A stretch of DNA of 13,812 bases from Candidatus Krumholzibacteriia bacterium (GTDB taxonomy: Bacteria > Krumholzibacteriota > Krumholzibacteriia > WVZY01). The translations under genes and the position numbers were made by a program. The stretch covers positions 1 to 13,812 of the forward strand of contig JBHHVD010000082.1 in NCBI GenBank assembly GCA_046754105.1, written 5' to 3'. Shown piece by piece: positions 9,539 to 13,812 of the stretch (positions within the stretch are counted from its first letter, which is position 1; every line of letters begins with the position of its first letter). Under the pieces are notes generated by a model that did no database searches, was not told the DNA's origin, and was given only the letters and a program-made list of their open reading frames with translations.

Positions 9539-9653
9539 AAAAATGGAAGGATTCCCTCGAAAGAGCATCCGATTTCTTGGACCGACAACACAGGAAGAGG
9601 AATCAATTTTCGTCCCAGAGAATGCGGCACACCAGCTTTCAGAGAATCCTTCC
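9539..9653 (-). ncRNA. Putative ~110-nt rod-shaped non-coding RNA of unknown family
   Basis: The 5' end GGAAGGAUUC (from 9653) pairs with GAAUCCUUCC (ending 9545). Pairing continues to about 41 bp by hand fold, with 5 G-U pairs on the - strand, a 16-nt CU-rich loop and AUUUUU after the stem. A promoter sits immediately upstream. Confidence 0.7.
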
Positions 9654-9659
9654 ATAAGT

Positions 9660-9687
9660 AGTGTAGCGCAAAAGCAAGCGATGTCAA
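9660..9687 (-). promoter_or_regulatory. Sigma70-type promoter for the putative ncRNA
   Basis: On the - strand: TTGACA (9687-9682), 16-bp spacer, TACACT (9665-9660). The predicted +1 is about G9653, the first base of the stem. Confidence 0.75.
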
Positions 9688-9732
9688 TGGCACACGCTGC
9701 ATTGGGCGTGCGTCCGTTGCACGCGGCGCTCA

Positions 9733-9777
9733 CCGCACGGGTTATCTCAAGCGGTATCTTCGCGATAAGCCGTGCGG
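9733..9777. other. Imperfect inverted repeat downstream of rpmB
   Basis: CCGCACGG-g-TTATC..AAG / CTT..GATAA-g-CCGTGCGG, about 60 nt past the rpmB stop; no U-tract. Confidence 0.45.
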
Positions 9778-9838
9778 CTCATGATCTGCTTTAAGTTGGA
9801 AAAGGTGCGTGCCCGTCCGGCGGGGTTTGTCCGTTGAC

Positions 9839-10030
9839 CTAGACGACCTTGCGGACCTTTCCGGAGCGGATGCACGACGTGCACACGTATACGTTCCTGA
9901 CCTTGCCCTCGAGCTCCACGGTTATCTTCTGCAGGTTGGGGAGCCAGCGGCGCCTGTTCAGGTTATGCGCGTGGCTCACGCTGTTGCCAACCATCGGCCC
10001 TTTGTCACATACCGCACACTTACGACTCAT
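9839..10030 (-). CDS. rpmB: 50S ribosomal protein L28, zinc-binding (C+) form, 63 aa
   Basis: [34 protein letters not shown]...[14 protein letters not shown] at 10030 with GGGAGGT at 10044-10038; the ORF track's 10237 start is too far upstream. Confidence 0.98.
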   Translation of the reverse strand: MSRKCAVCDKGPMVGNSVSHAHNLNRRRWLPNLQKITVELEGKVRNVYVCTSCIRSGKVRKVV

Positions 10031-10034
10031 TCTA

Positions 10035-10063
10035 TAGACCTCCCGGTAAATTTCACCTAAGAT
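10035..10063 (+). promoter_or_regulatory. Sigma70-type promoter for recG
   Basis: TAGACC (10035-10040), 17 bp, TAAGAT (10058-10063); each hexamer is a 4/6 match to consensus. Confidence 0.45.
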
Positions 10064-10087
10064 AGCAAATGTTCCAGCCGATAGCAA
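10059..10087 (-). promoter_or_regulatory. Sigma70-type promoter for rpmB
   Basis: On the - strand: TTGCTA (10087-10082), 17 bp, TATCTT (10064-10059), with an extended -10 TGc. Confidence 0.65.
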
Positions 10088-10097
10088 GGAGGACGGG

Positions 10098-12197
10098 GTG
10101 GCGGAACTCCGGCAGCCAAAACGCGATCTGGGAGATTTGTGCCAGTTTCTAAGAGGGGTCGGGCCGTCGCGTGCCCAGCGGCTGCGCAATCTCGGTATCG
10201 AGACGGTAAATGACCTGCTGACCCACTTCCCGCGCAAGTACTATGATCGTCGTAACCTACGTACTATAAATAGCTTACAGTCACACGAGGAGAGCTGCTT
10301 CCTGGGGCAGATCCTGACCGTTGCCCAGCCCCGCTCGCGGCGTGGGCGCCGGGCGCGCATAACGGCTGCGGTCGGCGATGACACCGGGATCGTGCAGGTC
10401 GTGTGGTTCAACCAGCCCTACCTCGCCCGGCATCTCAAACCGGGCAACCAGGCTGTTTTTACAGGCACCCTGGGCCATTTCCGGGGCACGCGCCAGATCG
10501 TCAACCCGGAATTCGAGGTCCTCGGTGACACGCTGGACACGCAACTCGTGCATACGGGGCGTATCGTCCCCGTCTACCCGTTGACTCGGGGAGTCTCGCA
10601 GCGGTTTCTCCGCGAACTCATCGCGCGGGCGCTGGACGAGTACCGGGGTTCGATACGGGAGAATCTGCCGGACGGCCTCGTGGCGAGCGAGAGGCTCTGC
10701 GGGCGGCTTCGGGCCCTGCAGGGGATCCATTTCCCCGACGACGCGGAGCACGCCGAGACGTCTCTGAGGCGGCTCAAGGTGGAGGAGTTGTTCTTTCTGC
10801 AACTCGTGCTGTCCCTGCAGAGACTGCGGCACATCGGCCGTCGCGACCGGCCGCGTCTGGGCAGTTCATTTGACCTGCAGCGGAAGTATCTCGCCGGATT
10901 GCCCTTCGAGCTGACCTCGGCGCAACGGCGGACACTCGACGAGATTCACGGTGACCTCGAGAGCGCCGGGGGCATGCACAGGCTCTTGCAGGGAGACGTC
11001 GGCTCGGGGAAGACGGTGGTCGCCGGGGCTGCGATGCTGGCCGCCGTGGAGTCCGGTTATCAGGGGGCGCTGATGGCGCCGACCGAGATCCTGGCGCTCC
11101 AGCACGCACGCACCCTGGCCACTTTCTTTGAAAAGCTCGAGGTGCCGGTGTCTCTGCTGATCGGGTCGCTCAAAGCGGCGGAAAAGAGGGCCATTCAGGC
11201 CGAGATCGCGACGGGCGCGGCGCGCGTTGTGATCGGGACCCACACGCTCATCCAGAACGACGTCACGTTCGACAACCTCGGCATGGTCGTGATAGACGAG
11301 CAGCATCGTTTCGGCGTGCGCCAGCGTGCCGCGCTGCTCACGCGCAACCGTAACCCGCATTTGCTGGTGATGACCGCGACCCCCATCCCCCGCACGCTGG
11401 CGCTGACGGCCTACGCGGACCTCGACCTTTCGGTCATTGACGAGATGCCGGCGGGCCGGGCCGGCGTAAAGACGCGGCTGGTAGCCCCCGACAAGAAAGA
11501 AGCCATGTACGGGTTCGTGCGCAAGGAGCTGGAACGGGGGTCGAGGGCCTACTTTCTCTATCCCGTTATCGACGAGACTGAAAAACAGGATCTGGAGGCC
11601 GCGGTATCCGCGTACGATGAACTGTCGAAAAAGGTCTTTCGAGGCGTACCGGTTGGGCTTTTGCACGGGCGGATGAGCCTGGACGAAAAGGAAGCCGCCA
11701 TGAAGGACTTCGCCGCGGGCCGCCTCAAGTTGCTGGTGACGACGACGGTGGTGGAGGTGGGGGTGCACGTGCCGGAGGCCACTATCATGGTGATCCATCA
11801 CCCGGAGCGGTACGGGCTCTCGCAGCTGCACCAGCTTCGCGGACGCGTCGGCCGGGGCCGCGAACGCGGATACTGTCTGTTGCTGCTCGGCGAAGATACG
11901 TCTCCCGACGCTCGCAGGCGGCTGTCGATCCTGGACCGGGTCGACGACGGCTTTCGGATCGCCGAAGAGGATCTTCGCATCCGCGGTCCCGGGGAGTTTT
12001 TCGGCGTTCGCCAGCACGGGGTGCCGGGGCTCAAGGTCGCGAACCCGGCGGTCGACCAGCGGCTGGTCGAAATCGCGCGGCGGTACGTCAAACGCCTGGT
12101 GGAGGCCGACGCCAGCCTGGAGGGCCCCCAGGCCAGGCCCTGCCGCCGGTATCTCGAAGAATCTTCCACCGGTGGCTGGGAGCAGGCGGTGGGCTGA
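10098..12197 (+). CDS. recG: ATP-dependent DNA helicase RecG
   Basis: LRGVGP and [11 protein letters not shown]-terminus, wedge [56 protein letters not shown] and TRG motif [20 protein letters not shown] start with AAGGAGG at 10086-10092. Confidence 0.98.
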   Translation: MAELRQPKRDLGDLCQFLRGVGPSRAQRLRNLGIETVNDLLTHFPRKYYDRRNLRTINSLQSHEESCFLGQILTVAQPRSRRGRRARITAAVGDDTGIVQVVWFNQPYLARHLKPGNQAVFTGTLGHFRGTRQIVNPEFEVLGDTLDTQLVHTGRIVPVYPLTRGVSQRFLRELIARALDEYRGSIRENLPDGLVASERLCGRLRALQGIHFPDDAEHAETSLRRLKVEELFFLQLVLSLQRLRHIGRRDRPRLGSSFDLQRKYLAGLPFELTSAQRRTLDEIHGDLESAGGMHRLLQGDVGSGKTVVAGAAMLAAVESGYQGALMAPTEILALQHARTLATFFEKLEVPVSLLIGSLKAAEKRAIQAEIATGAARVVIGTHTLIQNDVTFDNLGMVVIDEQHRFGVRQRAALLTRNRNPHLLVMTATPIPRTLALTAYADLDLSVIDEMPAGRAGVKTRLVAPDKKEAMYGFVRKELERGSRAYFLYPVIDETEKQDLEAAVSAYDELSKKVFRGVPVGLLHGRMSLDEKEAAMKDFAAGRLKLLVTTTVVEVGVHVPEATIMVIHHPERYGLSQLHQLRGRVGRGRERGYCLLLLGEDTSPDARRRLSILDRVDDGFRIAEEDLRIRGPGEFFGVRQHGVPGLKVANPAVDQRLVEIARRYVKRLVEADASLEGPQARPCRRYLEESSTGGWEQAVG

Positions 12198-12210
12198 AAT
12201 CGGTGGCCAT

Positions 12211-12227
12211 TTGGCGCAGATGTTGCT
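12211..12227 (+). promoter_or_regulatory. Sigma54 (-24/-12) promoter upstream of the zinc-ribbon gene
   Basis: TTGGCGCAGATGTTGCT matches YTGGCAC-N5-TTGCW with one mismatch and the exact GG-N10-GC spacing. It is intergenic and oriented toward the next CDS. Confidence 0.65.
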
Positions 12228-12351
12228 TGTTTCGGCAGGCGACGGTGACTGCGCTTGCGGCAGACTCCCATCGTTGCGAATTGTTGACACTAGTGCATTT
12301 TAGCGCCTCGAGGCCGCCCCGGGTGGGCCGCCTGGCAGAAGGTATTCCACG

Positions 12352-12861
12352 ATGATCGTTCGATGCGAAGGTTGTGCGGCCAAGTACTTTCTCCCCGAGT
12401 CAAAGATACCCGAGAATCCAGTGAAGGTCCGATGTCCGCAGTGCAGGGCTGTTTTCACGCTCGTGCCGCCGCCGAAGGAAGCCGCCGTCAGCGTCAAGAA
12501 AGCAGCTGCTCCCAGTGCGCCCGCGCCGCCCGATCCCCCGAAACCGCAACGGCGAGCGGCCCCCGCCGCCGCCCCGGCCGCCGCCGAACCGCCGAGCCGG
12601 ACCGGGTCCGGGAAGGGAAGCCGCGAGGACGCCAGAGCCAAACGCCTGGCGCGTGTTCTGGTGTCGGACATCCTGTGCTACAACCAGGAAAGGCGCGACC
12701 AGGCGCTGCTCGATGGAAATCTGATGACCGTTTTGGGGGATGAAATCAAGAAATCCTGGGAACTCTACAAAGAGAAGGTGGGAGCCGAAGTGGCCAAATC
12801 AACCGACTACTTCAAGGAAGCGCTCAACGATATTCTTGCCGACGGACAAAAAGTATTCTGA
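12352..12861 (+). CDS. MJ0042-type zinc-ribbon protein with a Pro/Ala-rich linker and a helical C-terminal domain of unknown function
   Basis: MIVRCEGCAAKYFLPESKIP...KVRCPQCRAVF (CxxC...CxxC), a low-complexity linker, then AKRLARVLVSDILCYN...YFKEALNDILADG. AAGGT at 12339-12343 precedes the ATG. Confidence 0.9.
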   Translation: MIVRCEGCAAKYFLPESKIPENPVKVRCPQCRAVFTLVPPPKEAAVSVKKAAAPSAPAPPDPPKPQRRAAPAAAPAAAEPPSRTGSGKGSREDARAKRLARVLVSDILCYNQERRDQALLDGNLMTVLGDEIKKSWELYKEKVGAEVAKSTDYFKEALNDILADGQKVF

Positions 12862-12928
12862 GCCGGCTCATCTACCGCAATTCCTGATCATTCAATGTAA
12901 ACAGTATTGGGACCGCGCGCGGGGGGGA

Positions 12929-13369
12929 TCATTCTTCCTGCCATTTTTCCTTGGCGATCCGGACCAGCATGTCGTCGATCTGGGTCCAGATCCTGGCGTT
13001 CTGATCGGGTTCGAACAGGGCCTTCTTCACGCGTCCGTACTCGTCCTTTTTGACGTACCGAATCGACTTGAGGGTTTCCATGGGCACGAGGATATCCTTG
13101 CAGACCTTTACTTCCACGGACTTGCCGTCGAGGTTGCGGTCCACGTTGTTATCGGGGTGCATTCCGAGTCCCCAGCCGTGAACGATCATGCTGCAGATCA
13201 ACGCCCGGAACGTATTCTGTCCCTGCACCGTTTCGAGATCCAGCGTTCCGTGGACTTTGTCCGAAACCCCCTCGACCACCGGGACGAGTTTTTCCAGTAC
13301 CCTTGGGCTAATCTCCACATTGAGCAGCCGGGCAAACATCTCGGTGAGCATCTTCTCGATGATGCGCAT
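12929..13369 (-). CDS. Hypothetical soluble protein, 146 aa
   Basis: ATG at 13369 (MRIIEKMLTEMF...) with AGGAGG at 13383-13378 (8-nt spacing). Globular-protein composition; 25 nt downstream of the MFS stop. No family recognised. Confidence 0.8.
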   Translation of the reverse strand: MRIIEKMLTEMFARLLNVEISPRVLEKLVPVVEGVSDKVHGTLDLETVQGQNTFRALICSMIVHGWGLGMHPDNNVDRNLDGKSVEVKVCKDILVPMETLKSIRYVKKDEYGRVKKALFEPDQNARIWTQIDDMLVRIAKEKWQEE

Positions 13370-13394
13370 AGCAGGACCCTCCTGGGGAGCGATT

Positions 13395-13812
13395 CTAGAC
13401 TTTGAGAAAGTCCTTCTTCTCGAGTACGATGCCCGTTCCTGCAAGAATTACGCCGAGCAACACCATGATCACCGCTTTGTCAAACAGCTCGCCTGTGAAC
13501 GCAGCGACCATCGAGAGCGCGAGGAACGCAGTCCTGGTCACGACCTCTCGGCTCGAAAACACACGGCCCCGGAACGAGCGCGGAGTATGGGTTTGCAACA
13601 GCGTCTCCGTTATCACGAAAATCGGGGTCAGCGCGACCCCCATGAGAAAGCTCCAGGTCACCATCCAGACCAGTCCCCGCGCGCCCGCGATCCCGAACCA
13701 CGTGACGGCGAAGAGCAACGTGGAATGGGCGATGATCCGGTTCGAAGAGATCCAGCGCCGCAGAAGCGTCGTCACACCAGTCCCCGCGAGCAGTCCTACG
13801 GTTGCCGCCGAC
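13395..13812 (-). CDS. MFS transporter, C-terminal part (gene runs off the window end)
   Basis: The frame stays open to the window edge (SAATVGLLAGTGVTTLL...). It has four to five TM helices and the cytoplasmic loop motif TLLQTHTPRSFRGRVFS typical of DHA3/EntS-like MFS proteins. Confidence 0.85.
   Translation of the reverse strand, partial: SAATVGLLAGTGVTTLLRRWISSNRIIAHSTLLFAVTWFGIAGARGLVWMVTWSFLMGVALTPIFVITETLLQTHTPRSFRGRVFSSREVVTRTAFLALSMVAAFTGELFDKAVIMVLLGVILAGTGIVLEKKDFLKV

Noticed and set aside
9545..9653. tRNA-Sec, SRP, 5S or 6S identity for the structured RNA
   Set aside because: It starts with GGAAG like tRNA-Sec but has no UCA anticodon arm or T-loop. It lacks the SRP domain IV and 5S conserved motifs, and is too short and too fully paired for 6S.
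9592..9657. Type I toxin ORF antisense to the RNA (AGGAAGAGGA followed by MRHTSFQRILP at 9622-9657)
   Set aside because: The purine tract is about 20 nt from the ATG, and the 11-aa peptide is not hydrophobic.
9688..9703. TGGCAC as a second sigma54 site
   Set aside because: The GG-to-GC spacing is 8, not 10, and there is no TTGC.
9504..9794. 96-aa + strand ORF and the - strand ORFs 9335-9733 and 9460-9702 across the intergenic gap
   Set aside because: No convincing SD or protein motif. The region is better explained by the promoter, RNA stem and hairpins.
10237..10284. AT-rich patch with GTACTAT twice inside the recG 5' region
   Set aside because: No matching -35 element found, and AT-rich codons near gene starts are common.
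10866..12290. 474-aa antisense ORF over recG, and similar long shadow ORFs (606-1766, 982-1968, 2614-3486, 3692-4462, 6596-7525, 7119-7883, 12740-13405)
   Set aside because: They overlap well-conserved genes and show no recognisable motifs. Long stop-free alternative frames are expected with GC-rich codon bias.
12284..12312. TTGACA upstream of the zinc-ribbon gene as a sigma70 promoter
   Set aside because: No credible -10 hexamer 16-18 bp downstream.
1..13812. CRISPR array, IS/transposase, integrase, prophage or defence genes
   Set aside because: No repeat-spacer array or mobile-element ORF was seen; the window is core chromosome.

Overview
GC-rich bacterial chromosomal segment. On the + strand is the distal dcw (division/cell wall) operon: ftsW (5'-incomplete)-murG-murC-murB-ftsQ-ftsA-ftsZ, with no ddl, followed 15 nt later by a ~14-repeat TPR protein. 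A 344-bp gap then holds the most interesting element: an apparently unannotated ~110-nt non-coding RNA on the - strand, with a TTGACA-16-TACACT promoter placed exactly at its 5' end, a ~41-bp rod fold, a CU-rich apical loop and a U-tract. Next come rpmB (L28, -) and recG (+), divergent from what looks like one symmetric bidirectional promoter. A sigma54-type site then precedes a zinc-ribbon/Pro-Ala-linker/helical-domain protein (+). The window ends with a convergent unit: a 146-aa hypothetical protein downstream of an MFS transporter cut by the window edge. The first ~60 nt encode a TenA-like peptide fused in frame to an ftsW lacking its first TM helix, possibly an assembly chimera. All family calls come from motif recognition and all folds were done by hand; no searches were run.
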